A stretch of 50,993 bases of DNA from Microthrixaceae bacterium (GTDB taxonomy: Bacteria > Actinomycetota > Acidimicrobiia > Acidimicrobiales > Microtrichaceae): the NCBI GenBank assembly GCA_044357715.1, contig JBIKPA010000001.1, forward strand, positions 1-50,993, written 5' to 3'. How positions within the stretch are numbered: position 1 is the stretch's first letter; every line of letters starts with the position of its first letter. A program made the position numbers and the translations under genes. Below, in pieces: positions 40,566-49,753 of the stretch. The notes beneath the pieces were generated by a model. That model was not told the DNA's origin and did no database searches. It worked only from the letters and a program-made list of their open reading frames with translations.

Positions 40566-42065
40566 GTGTCGAACTTTGTAGATGAGTGTGGTCTAAACGT
40601 CAAAGGTGGAGACGGAGGTGCTGGGTGTACCTCGTTTCGCCGTGAGGCACACGTTGCCATGGGTGGTCCAGACGGGGGCGACGGGGGTTCGGGCGGTGAT
40701 GTCTGGCTTGTTGCGGACCGCAACGTTGCATCGCTGTTGTCGTTTAGAGATCACCCGCACCGCAAGGCAACGAACGGGTCTCATGGCTCTGGCAAAAAGA
40801 AGCACGGCCATGGTGGAGATGACCTGTATGTGCATGTGCCCATCGGGACCACCGTAAAGGGCCGTGACGGAGAGATCCTCGCAGACCTTGTCCACGATCG
40901 GGATCGCTGGCTCGCTGCCGAAGGCGGTATTGGCGGAAAAGGCAATGCCAAGTTTCTCTCTAACAAGCGTCGCGCCCCAGGGTTTGCAGAGCAGGGTGAG
41001 GTCGGCCAAGAGCGCTGGATGTGGCTCGAACTCAAACTCATGGCCGATGTTGCACTCGTTGGATTTCCAAATGTTGGCAAGTCCACACTCATCTCCAGGA
41101 TTTCAGCTGCTCGCCCAAAGATTGCCGATTACCCCTTCACCACGTTGGTTCCCAACTTGGGAGTGGTACGTATCAACGAAGGCAACGGCGTTGCCTTCGA
41201 GATGGTTGTTGCCGATATTCCTGGTTTGATCGAAGGTGCAGCAGAAGGCCGAGGGTTAGGGCATCAGTTTTTGCGTCATATTGAGCGGGCCAGAGCCCTT
41301 GTGTTGCTGCTCGATCTTTCTCCGCTCGCAGAGCGCTCCCCAGAAGAACAAGAGCGAGTGTTGCTGTCCGAGCTTGAGAGCTATCGCCCAGATATGTTGG
41401 ACCGACCCCGAGTTCGTATTGGGTCGCGTGCAGATATGGCCGATGCCGATATGGCTACACAGTTCGATGGCCTCTGTGTGTCGGCGATAACCGGAGCAGG
41501 GGTGCCGCAACTACTCGGACTGTTACGTCAGGCCGTAGAAATCGCTCGGGCAAATGAACCTGAATCCGATGGCTTTGTTACGTTGCGGCCAGTTGCCGAG
41601 GGCATCAAGATTGGTCGAAGAGACGACGGTAGTTTCGAGGTGATCGGCCGTGAAGCCACGCGTGCGGTCGGGTTGAGCGACATGACTAACCCCGAGGCAC
41701 TCGATGTTGCCCGGGAGCGGCTCACCAAGCTTGGAGTTGATCGCGCGCTGGCGCGTGCCGGAGCGCGCAACGGTGATGTTGTCCATATTGCGAAGTTCAG
41801 CTTCGATTACGAGTCAGACGACACCCTTGAAGTGCAACCATTTGATGATGCAGCCCCGGTTGCTCGGCATCGGAGGAACCGTGAGGCACATACGGGTAAT
41901 TGGCTTGCGGAAGAACCACCCGCAGATACAGATGATGTAGTGACTGAATCCGATGCAGGGTTCGATGATGCAGCAATAGATGATGCAGCAATAGATGATG
42001 CAGTGACTGATTCTGATGAAGAAACTGAAGTTGTTTACCTGCAGCGGGGGCAGACTCAAACATGA
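40566..42065 (+). CDS. obgE: GTPase Obg (ObgE/CgtA) with C-terminal domain and acidic tail
   Basis: Gly-rich GGPDGGDGG, GFPNVGKST, ADYPFTT, DIPG, GLGHQFLRHIER. Confidence 0.97.
   Translation: MSNFVDECGLNVKGGDGGAGCTSFRREAHVAMGGPDGGDGGSGGDVWLVADRNVASLLSFRDHPHRKATNGSHGSGKKKHGHGGDDLYVHVPIGTTVKGRDGEILADLVHDRDRWLAAEGGIGGKGNAKFLSNKRRAPGFAEQGEVGQERWMWLELKLMADVALVGFPNVGKSTLISRISAARPKIADYPFTTLVPNLGVVRINEGNGVAFEMVVADIPGLIEGAAEGRGLGHQFLRHIERARALVLLLDLSPLAERSPEEQERVLLSELESYRPDMLDRPRVRIGSRADMADADMATQFDGLCVSAITGAGVPQLLGLLRQAVEIARANEPESDGFVTLRPVAEGIKIGRRDDGSFEVIGREATRAVGLSDMTNPEALDVARERLTKLGVDRALARAGARNGDVVHIAKFSFDYESDDTLEVQPFDDAAPVARHRRNREAHTGNWLAEEPPADTDDVVTESDAGFDDAAIDDAAIDDAVTDSDEETEVVYLQRGQTQT
41964..42003 (+). 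repeat. 15-bp tandem repeat (DDAAI) in the obg tail
   Basis: (gatgatgcagcaata)x2 plus gatgatgcag. Confidence 0.9.
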
Positions 42066-43153
42066 GGTTGGTTGTCAAGATTGGATCCTCAAGCCTCACT
42101 GATGACGAGGGAACGATTGCTTCGGAGTCAATTCATAAGCTCAGCAGCGAACTAGCGGAACTGCGCGCCGCAGGCCACGAAGTGGTCCTTGTGTCTTCTG
42201 GTGCGGTGGCGTCTGGCTTGCCAGTATTGGGATTTGATGCCGCCTCGCGGCCTACTGATTCAACAACGCTGCAAGCAGTGTCCGCTGTTGGGCAGGCTCG
42301 GCTTATGCAAACTTGGAATGAGCAACTCGCAGGCCAAGGCCTTGTTGCAGGGCAGGTTCTTCTTGCTCCACATGATTTCATGGTGCGAGCTCAGTACCTT
42401 TTTGCACGAGGCACTCTGGAACGACTCATTGAACTCGGTGTCATTCCTGTGGTGAATGAAAACGATGCCGTTGCAGATGATGAGATCCGATTTGGAGATA
42501 ATGACCGCATCGCTGCGTTGGTTGCCCATCTGATTTCTGCAGATCTACTCGTGCTGCTCACAGACATGCCCGGACTGATGGATGCAGACCCGCGCAGCGC
42601 CGTTCAAGCCTCTCTCATTGAAGAAATCATTGAAATCGATCATGAACTCGAACTCCTTGCAGGTGGAGCAGGGACTGCTAGAGGAAGCGGCGGGATGGCT
42701 TCCAAATTGTCTGCAGCAAAAATCGCTTCTTGGTCGGGAGTTCGGACCGTCATTGCAGCAGCAACCCGTCCTGGAGTTCTTCTTGATGCAGTGGGACAGG
42801 TTCCTGGTGTGGGGACGACTGTGCTCGCTCGAGACAATAAGTTGTCGGCACGCAAGCTCTGGATTGCCTTTGCTCTACCTTCTTCTGGTCGCATCGTGAT
42901 TGACGCTGGCGCAGTTCGGGCTTTGAGCCCTGGGGGAGCCTCGCTGCTTGCAGCTGGAGTCACAGCAGTTCATGGCAACTTCGATGCACTCAATGCTGTA
43001 GAGATTGTCGACGAATCCGGCACGGTAGTTGCTAAAGGGCTCACTGGTTTTAACTCTCAGGCAGTACAAGAACTCGCCGGTCGGCGATCCTCGGACCTAG
43101 GGGATCGAACAGGAGAGATTGTTCACTGCGATGACCTTGTGATCTTGCCGTAG
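42062..43153 (+). CDS. proB: Glutamate 5-kinase
   Basis: VVKIGSS, VSSGAV, NENDAV, FGDNDR, GGMASK, C-terminal PUA domain. Confidence 0.96.
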   Translation: MRLVVKIGSSSLTDDEGTIASESIHKLSSELAELRAAGHEVVLVSSGAVASGLPVLGFDAASRPTDSTTLQAVSAVGQARLMQTWNEQLAGQGLVAGQVLLAPHDFMVRAQYLFARGTLERLIELGVIPVVNENDAVADDEIRFGDNDRIAALVAHLISADLLVLLTDMPGLMDADPRSAVQASLIEEIIEIDHELELLAGGAGTARGSGGMASKLSAAKIASWSGVRTVIAAATRPGVLLDAVGQVPGVGTTVLARDNKLSARKLWIAFALPSSGRIVIDAGAVRALSPGGASLLAAGVTAVHGNFDALNAVEIVDESGTVVAKGLTGFNSQAVQELAGRRSSDLGDRTGEIVHCDDLVILP

Positions 43154-43202
43154 GCCTGTGATCTTGCCGTAGGCCTGTGATCTTGCCGTAGGCCTGTGAT
43201 CT
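43138..43202. repeat. 19-bp tandem repeat, about 3.4 copies, containing the proB stop codon
   Basis: (tgtgatcttgccgtaggcc)x3 plus tgtgatct, filling the convergent proB/pspA gap. Confidence 0.95.
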
Positions 43203-44013
43203 AAGCCGGGGGAGAATCGCCAGTGGCAGTTGCGGTTTGCCCATCTTCTGGGGCAACTGAGCCCTGTGGGCTTGGTTCGGCTGTTGCTGCGTCTGTGATT
43301 CCGAGCTGCGAACGGATCTCAGAGAGACGAGCCTGAGCCTCGAAGTTGACCGAAGCCTGCTCCACCTCGAGCATCTTTGATTCAACCGACATTCCCTGTA
43401 TCTCTGAGGTCCCTTTGGCCTTGGCGTAGCGAGTCTCGATCTTCTCTCGCACCTCATCAAGGGTGGGAACATCTTCGCCCACCTGCTCCGTCAGAGATGA
43501 CATTGCCTTGTTCATTTGCTCTTGCATCTTTGCTTGGTCAAGTTGCGACAGCAGCTTCTGCTTCTCTGCGAGTTTTTGCTGGAGGACTCGCGAGTTCTGC
43601 TGCACTGCGGCCTTGGCCTGGTCAGAGGCCTGAGCGGACTGAAGGGCAAGTTCTTTGAGCGTTGCCGCTTCAGACTCTTTAGAGATGAGTTGATTGGCGA
43701 ATGTTTCGGCGGCGATGAGGAACTCGGAAGCCTTGGCTTCGTCTCCGCTCTTGGATGCCTCGTCGGCCATGATGACTGCTTGTTGTGCGTTGCGATTGAG
43801 CTTCTCTAGCTCGTCAAGCACTTTGGCCAAGCGCATCTCTGTCTGCTTCTGATTGGCAATCACATTTGCGGCCTGCTCTTTTAGGCGGCGATGTTGCTCA
43901 TGCGCTTCGGTGATTGCTTGCTCAAGCTGCACCTTCGGATCAGCCTTTTCATCGAAAGTGCTAGAGAGCTTTGCACCCATGTATTTCCACCATTTTTGCA
44001 GCGATTTCCACAT
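43201..44013 (-). CDS. pspA: PspA/IM30 (ESCRT-III superfamily) protein, actinobacterial type
   Basis: Amphipathic N-terminus, ADPKVQLEQAI, long coiled coil, LLSQLDQAKMQE, PTLDEVREKIE.RYA. Confidence 0.93.
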   Translation of the reverse strand: MWKSLQKWWKYMGAKLSSTFDEKADPKVQLEQAITEAHEQHRRLKEQAANVIANQKQTEMRLAKVLDELEKLNRNAQQAVIMADEASKSGDEAKASEFLIAAETFANQLISKESEAATLKELALQSAQASDQAKAAVQQNSRVLQQKLAEKQKLLSQLDQAKMQEQMNKAMSSLTEQVGEDVPTLDEVREKIETRYAKAKGTSEIQGMSVESKMLEVEQASVNFEAQARLSEIRSQLGITDAATAEPSPQGSVAPEDGQTATATGDSPPA

Positions 44014-44020
44014 AGACCAC

Positions 44021-44026
44021 AGCCTA
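44021..44026 (-). promoter_or_regulatory. Putative -10 element of leaderless pspA
   Basis: TAGGCT (minus strand), 7 nt, then ATG. Confidence 0.5.
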
Positions 44027-44163
44027 ATGGCAACCCCGCATCAAGTTCGTACAAGTTTCACAACTGCTCCACCTGCCAGTCACCCACCACGATGTTGCAA
44101 CGACCCTCAGAATTCGCCCCCTGCCTAAAGAGTGAGACGCAAGACAAAGCAGGGCCTTGTTGC

Positions 44164-45927
44164 CTACCCGCTAGCAGAAGGCCGGCTACTTCTGCGCCGA
44201 AGCTTGTTGAGCAGCGGGTCAAATCCGTACGGCCGAAACACCAAGGTGGCAATGACGAATACAGCAATCGCAACAGTGAGTCCAGCGAGTAGCTCGCCAA
44301 AGTCGCCAAGCTTTGGGCGCACGAGCAAAACGGTGCCCGCCATTGCGGCGATGACACAAGCAGATACCAGCAGCGATCGCATCAGCATTCGTAGCGTTGA
44401 GAAGTTGAGCAGACCGTGAACATGGCGGTTGAGCAAGATGATGGCCGCAACCGCTGCTGCGCAATAAGCCAGCGAGTAGGCAAGCGATAGCCCTGTCTGC
44501 CCGATGAGTGCCACAAGGGGAATGACGAGCGCCACATTGAGCGCGTTCTCGAACAAGTTGAGGTAAAAGGGGCTGCGCGTGTTGCGGCGAGCGTGAAACG
44601 CCCGAACGCAATACAAGAACACAGCAAACGCTGGCATACCGACGCTAAAGCCAATCAGCATGGTGAGAGTCTCTTTGGTCGCAGCGGCGTCAAACTCGCC
44701 GCGCTGAAGCAACAGAGCGATCAAAGGTCGACCGAGAAGCAGATAGGCAGCCGCTGCGGGAATCATCAGGGTCAGCAACAAGCTGAGGCCCTCTCTGAAC
44801 TTCTCGGCAAACGCAGCTGTATCTCCGCGGTTGGCTGCAGTTGCAAGCTCGGGTAGTACTGCAGTCATTAGCGAGACTGCGATGAGTCCATAGGGCAGTT
44901 GGAAAAAGATGAATGCGTACTGATATGCAGACACAGCACCGGTACCTGCTCCTCGGGCCAGAGTGAGCACGATAAGCAACGCAATCTGATTCGAGATCGC
45001 AAACCCGACAGTCCATCCCGAGAGTCTGAGTATTGACCGAACTGCTGGATGCCGTGGGCGGAAATCCCAACGCAACTGTATGTCCGCTCGTCGTAAAGCT
45101 GGCACGAGCGTGGCGGCCATTGCCGCAACTCCGGCAGTAGTGCCAACGGCAAGCACATAGACAGTGCTCAACGATGACTCGCCCTTTGTGGGGTCGATCA
45201 CCTTGTAAACAAAGAGCGCTGCAAGCGAGATGATGAGGTTCGTCAGAACAGGCGCAAATGCAGGAGCGGCGAAGCGTCTGCGTGCGTGCAACATTGCTGT
45301 GGCCAGCGTGGTGATTCCATAGAAAAAAATCTGTGGCAGAAGCAGTACCAAGAAGTCGTCGCCGATGACGAGTTGCTCAGCGCGATTTCGGCCGCGCACC
45401 GTGAGGGCGAATAATTGATTGATCCAAGGCGAAAGAAGTACCGCCACAACTGCAAGAACGGTGATTGCGACAAACCCAACCGTGACCATAACTGAGGTTG
45501 CATCATCGGCATCTGGGTCTGATTTGGCATTCTGGTTGGCCTGCACGAACAACGGCACCAACGTAGAGGACAACACTCCACCGATAACGAGCTCATACAA
45601 AATATTTGGCGCAGTATTCGCCAGGTTATAGATGTCGCTCATACTGCTCAGGCCGAGCGCAGTAGTAAGAGCAGCAACGCGAACCAGACCCGTCGTACGA
45701 GACAACATGGTGCCAAGCGCGGGAGTTGCGCTTGCACCTAGAAGGCTGCGCCCCCCACCCGTTGACTCCTCAGCGGCGGCCTCATCAACAAACTCCTCAT
45801 CTACCCAAGTCTCATCGGGTAGACGATCATTCTCCCAACCCTGCAGGCCCTGCTGAGGCTCTGGATTCGTCAGAAGACTAGGTGGAGCCTGTGCCTGAGA
45901 GGCGGCCTTGCCTTCGAGTTCGGTCAC
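44164..45927 (-). CDS. murJ: Lipid II flippase MurJ (MviN)
   Basis: LSRTTGLVR, YNLANTAPNILYELVIGGVLSSTLVP, QLPYG, many TMs. Confidence 0.92.
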   Translation of the reverse strand: MTELEGKAASQAQAPPSLLTNPEPQQGLQGWENDRLPDETWVDEEFVDEAAAEESTGGGRSLLGASATPALGTMLSRTTGLVRVAALTTALGLSSMSDIYNLANTAPNILYELVIGGVLSSTLVPLFVQANQNAKSDPDADDATSVMVTVGFVAITVLAVVAVLLSPWINQLFALTVRGRNRAEQLVIGDDFLVLLLPQIFFYGITTLATAMLHARRRFAAPAFAPVLTNLIISLAALFVYKVIDPTKGESSLSTVYVLAVGTTAGVAAMAATLVPALRRADIQLRWDFRPRHPAVRSILRLSGWTVGFAISNQIALLIVLTLARGAGTGAVSAYQYAFIFFQLPYGLIAVSLMTAVLPELATAANRGDTAAFAEKFREGLSLLLTLMIPAAAAYLLLGRPLIALLLQRGEFDAAATKETLTMLIGFSVGMPAFAVFLYCVRAFHARRNTRSPFYLNLFENALNVALVIPLVALIGQTGLSLAYSLAYCAAAVAAIILLNRHVHGLLNFSTLRMLMRSLLVSACVIAAMAGTVLLVRPKLGDFGELLAGLTVAIAVFVIATLVFRPYGFDPLLNKLRRRSSRPSASG

Positions 45928-46706
45928 GCCGAACCTGCGCCGGTGCCGAGTTGCGGCTCCTCGGGTGAATCTCCTTGGGGGCTATTCCCTTGCGTTTCTT
46001 CAACAGCTTGGCGGAGTGCTTCCATATCGTTCACGATGGAATCCACCTCAGTTCCCAGGCTGCCAAGCTGCGAGGGAGTGGCTTGACTAACCGAGAGTTC
46101 GATAGTGCGAGTCACCATCTCATCGAGACGAGCATCAAGTAGGCGCAACTGGTCGTAGGTGTCGCTGATGGTTAGATCAAGGCGTTGCGCAGCAGAAAGC
46201 TGAGCTTGCAGGGCTTGAATTGTCTGGTCCGAGCGCTGTGTGCGCGTTGCGGTTTGTGCCTGTTGCAACTCTGCCGAGATGGAGTTGCTATCAATTTGGC
46301 GACGAGCGGTGCTGAGCTGATTGCCGGCAACGGCGATGCGCCAAGCTTCATCGACGCCCGCTTGCAGGCGTTCGCCAAGCTCCATGAGTCGATCATTCAA
46401 CGGTCCGGTCTGCATGTCGCGAGTGGCAGTGCCGAAACGTTTTCGTCCATCAAGTATTCCTGCCATCAGTGAACTCCATGGTTCAACGAGTGACCCTGGC
46501 GATATTCTTGGTCGTTGCGGATTGCGCGGAACTGAGGCGAGAACCCGCGCAGCCAAGGCGCCAGCGCCAACGAGCACAACTCCGATCGGATTCAGCGACA
46601 GCAGAATGGCCGCCGAAGCGCCGGCTGCCGTCACCAAAATCGCCGAAGGCGAGGTGATAGCTCGAGCAACCTGCGGGGTTAGGAAGCGGTCGCGAAAGGA
46701 GGGCAT
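45924..46706 (-). CDS. Hypothetical membrane-anchored coiled-coil protein
   Basis: N-terminal hydrophobic hairpin and a long helical C-terminal part. Its stop overlaps the murJ start (GTGA). Confidence 0.78.
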   Translation of the reverse strand: MPSFRDRFLTPQVARAITSPSAILVTAAGASAAILLSLNPIGVVLVGAGALAARVLASVPRNPQRPRISPGSLVEPWSSLMAGILDGRKRFGTATRDMQTGPLNDRLMELGERLQAGVDEAWRIAVAGNQLSTARRQIDSNSISAELQQAQTATRTQRSDQTIQALQAQLSAAQRLDLTISDTYDQLRLLDARLDEMVTRTIELSVSQATPSQLGSLGTEVDSIVNDMEALRQAVEETQGNSPQGDSPEEPQLGTGAGSA

Positions 46707-46773
46707 TGCACACCATGTTTGCAGGGGAAGGGGCTCAAGAGTGGTGACTCACACTTCAAGTAGTTAACAGTGG

Positions 46774-48684
46774 CTAGAAGTTGCTCACCACTGCGGCAAA
46801 AACCTGATTGATCGTGGTGGCATCGCTTGCTTGGTAGGCAGTTGCATTGGAGGCTTCAGAGATCTGGCGAAGCTCTTTCGGGTTTGCTCCAGAACCGTAA
46901 GCAACCGTAAAGATTCGAACCGGTTTTGAGTTCTCACCATCGCTGTTGAGCTTTACATCGGCAAGCAATGCGGCGAACTGCTCCTTATCATCTTGAGGTG
47001 TGCCGTCGTCGTTCATGCCATCGGTGAGTACCACCACAGCGTTGATGAGCTCCGGGTCATAGGAGTCAAGCATGGTGTTGTAGCTCTGCTGAGTTACCTC
47101 GTAGAGGGGAGTTCCGCGAAGGGGCTGCAACGAGTTCACCTGGTTGACGAGCGCCTCACGGTTAGGCCCGATAGGCGCAACAGGGCTCAGGTCGGTGACT
47201 ATTGGCGTTCCATCATCGCTTGTGGTGAAGATGCGCAATCCGACCAAGTCCTCGGCTTTGAAATTGTCGAGGCCATTCGTTACTGCTTCTTTCGCTAAAT
47301 CTAATTTTGTTGGACCCGAGGAGTCCTCCGGGTCGGCGGGGTCTCCCATCGATCCGGAGACATCAAGTACTAGCATCACGCGTGCACCTTTACGCTGCGT
47401 GGCCCAAGCAGCGAGCACATCAACCATGACCTTTCCCGAGGGCACACCCAACAGGGTTTCTGGCTGATCAGGGTTGACGCCGTTCGCGGCAACAATCGGA
47501 GCTGCGAGAGGCACTTCCGGGTTACCCGGTCGGAACCCGTACTGCAGCACCTTCTTTTGGTTCGCTGGTTGTTGCACATAGGCCTGAAACTTCTCGGCTG
47601 CTGCTGCTTCCTCGGAAGAAACCCACGGTGCATCAAGAATGAAGAAGGGGTTATCTGAGTAGAGGGTGCCTTCAGTGGGATAGATCGCAACTAGTGGAAT
47701 TCGTGGCTTCTTCGGTTTTTCACCTTGGTCAAGTACCCCATCAGGATTGCCTTTGTTGTAATCAATGAGCGACTTTTCTTCTACAGCAACTGCACTGGCA
47801 TAGGTGAGCGCAGTTCCGCGACGATCGGCGCGGTACCAGTTGTTCAAAAATGTCATGGTGATATCGCCGTAATGAACTACGGATGATTCAATGTCTGTTC
47901 CTGCTTGAATGACCGCAGGCGAGGCAAGGTCTTCAGAAGAAAGATCGCTGGTTTTGCCAGTGGCAGCGTAGGCCTGGGCGATCAGTGCAGACAGCCCCGA
48001 AGTGGAGTAGTTCGGGTTGGTCTTACCTAAGCGGAACGGGCCCCATTCGGGGTGGCCGTAGTCTGCCCAGCCAGTGGGCGACTGGGACAGACGCAAGATA
48101 TCTCCCCACCCAATCGGCTTCTCTGGGTAACCCAAGGCCTCGGCCATTGGTGCCGGCATGGCAATAACGAGCGGGGTCAGCATGAACGAGGTTGCATCAG
48201 CGGGTGCCATTGGCGGTTCTCCCGCATCGGCAAGCTTCTGATTCAGGATGGTTCCCCAAGCGCTAGAAGCTGGTGACCAGATAGCTGGGGCTGGCCCGTT
48301 CACGCTCTCATCCCAACCTTCTGACAGAGCAGTCATTGCGCTACCAGAGGACTTGGAACGTACGTCGACAAAGACGCATTTGCCTTTGAGGGTGGCCTGC
48401 TGTGAGTCATTGAAAGTGTCGGCAAGATCGCCCAGAAGATCGATTTTCTCTGAACTCACGGTGAGGTCAACAGTGATGCAAGAGTCGCGCCGTGGGTCTG
48501 CTGTGTTGTCACTGCCCTCGCTATCTTTCACTTGGCTTGAACCGCCAACGCAAGAAGCAGCTAGGAGTGCGCAGGCCAGAACTGAGGCCATCCAAAGTGC
48601 ACGCTTCTTGGGCTTCGAAGCCCGAATAGTTGTGGCATTGCTCGCTGGAACTGCAGCCGTTGCTGGGATTGGAGTGGACATCAT
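46774..48684 (-). CDS. Lipoprotein with a solute-binding-protein domain and a C-terminal vWA domain
   Basis: Lipobox LAASC. SBP-type motifs WSPASS, TPLVIAMP, TNP..STSG, AVEEKS. MIDAS motif DVSGS...T(GTPLY)...LTDG. Confidence 0.88.
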   Translation of the reverse strand: MMSTPIPATAAVPASNATTIRASKPKKRALWMASVLACALLAASCVGGSSQVKDSEGSDNTADPRRDSCITVDLTVSSEKIDLLGDLADTFNDSQQATLKGKCVFVDVRSKSSGSAMTALSEGWDESVNGPAPAIWSPASSAWGTILNQKLADAGEPPMAPADATSFMLTPLVIAMPAPMAEALGYPEKPIGWGDILRLSQSPTGWADYGHPEWGPFRLGKTNPNYSTSGLSALIAQAYAATGKTSDLSSEDLASPAVIQAGTDIESSVVHYGDITMTFLNNWYRADRRGTALTYASAVAVEEKSLIDYNKGNPDGVLDQGEKPKKPRIPLVAIYPTEGTLYSDNPFFILDAPWVSSEEAAAAEKFQAYVQQPANQKKVLQYGFRPGNPEVPLAAPIVAANGVNPDQPETLLGVPSGKVMVDVLAAWATQRKGARVMLVLDVSGSMGDPADPEDSSGPTKLDLAKEAVTNGLDNFKAEDLVGLRIFTTSDDGTPIVTDLSPVAPIGPNREALVNQVNSLQPLRGTPLYEVTQQSYNTMLDSYDPELINAVVVLTDGMNDDGTPQDDKEQFAALLADVKLNSDGENSKPVRIFTVAYGSGANPKELRQISEASNATAYQASDATTINQVFAAVVSNF

Positions 48685-48751
48685 CGGGCCTCCGCCTGAT
48701 CTCGTTGAACCTTTTTCGCTAAAGAACCGGATTTACTAGTCGGGTGCCAAC

Positions 48752-49753
48752 TCATGGTTCCCACATATCTCGAAGAACCTGTAGCACTCCGGCAGCCGGC
48801 ATATTCGAATCTGGCTGCTTGGACGATACGTTCCAGTTGGATTCCTTGAGCAATGTCGTGAGCGCTTCACGGTTTACTCGATCAAGCGCGCCATTGGTAT
48901 CCACTCCTCGGGAGGGGACGAGGCGCACCTGAGCTACTACTGGTTGGGCCGGAGCATCCTTTGGCGCAGCTATGACGTTGTACTTACCGGTACCACTTTT
49001 GAGTGACTCCACTTGGGAGCGGAGAGCACCAACCGTTGTATACGTTCCCGCTGCTGTCAGAGCCCGTACAAGAACTGTTTGCCTGCCAAGGTCGGAATTA
49101 CGGCTCTTCTTGGTGAGTTGTTCAAACCAACCAATGAACGCTGCATCTTCAAAGTCGGTGGCTGAATAATCGCTACTACCGAAGTAACTGTTAGTCGCAT
49201 CTGCCAGTACTGCTAGTCCAGCGCCAGTGTCGGGAGATTCCATCCCGACGCTCTGCGGCTGAGGTAGGGACGGATTGGCGCCGAGGCACTTCCAAGTAAT
49301 GGCTCCACCGCACGCGTCCTTCAACCTTTGCTCCTGAGTGTTCAGCGTCAGTATCTGTGCGGGGGAACTACCTAATACCGCCGAGGTCTCGCCGAGAATT
49401 GCGCCAGGGTTTCCGGCAAAGCTTCGGTTGTCTTGAACAATCTCGGCCCATGGTCCGACGGTTAGCCAAGCATCAAACCCGGGATCGGCGCCGTCAGCTA
49501 GGGAAGTCAGAGAGTCTGCAGTAGTCCCTGGCAGTTCGATCGTGACTGAAAGAGCAGAATTGGTTTCGGCCAACTTCGCGCACACCAACTCAAGGTCGCT
49601 TGCGCAGGTCAGGCGAAACTCGTCGGCAGAACCTGCCGAATTGCCGCCACCCGATTTGTTGGAATCTGTGCTGCTGGCATCCATTGAATTTCGCAGCGTA
49701 AGCGATCCAAAAACCATCCCGAGGGCGAGCAAGAGCGCAGCGAAACGTTTCAT
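48752..49753 (-). CDS. Secreted or membrane-anchored protein, probably a divergent solute-binding-protein fold
   Basis: N-terminal hydrophobic signal. DAWL, LGSSP, ITWK and ESPDTGAG echo motifs of the neighbouring SBP domain. Confidence 0.65.
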   Translation of the reverse strand: MKRFAALLLALGMVFGSLTLRNSMDASSTDSNKSGGGNSAGSADEFRLTCASDLELVCAKLAETNSALSVTIELPGTTADSLTSLADGADPGFDAWLTVGPWAEIVQDNRSFAGNPGAILGETSAVLGSSPAQILTLNTQEQRLKDACGGAITWKCLGANPSLPQPQSVGMESPDTGAGLAVLADATNSYFGSSDYSATDFEDAAFIGWFEQLTKKSRNSDLGRQTVLVRALTAAGTYTTVGALRSQVESLKSGTGKYNVIAAPKDAPAQPVVAQVRLVPSRGVDTNGALDRVNREALTTLLKESNWNVSSKQPDSNMPAAGVLQVLRDMWEP

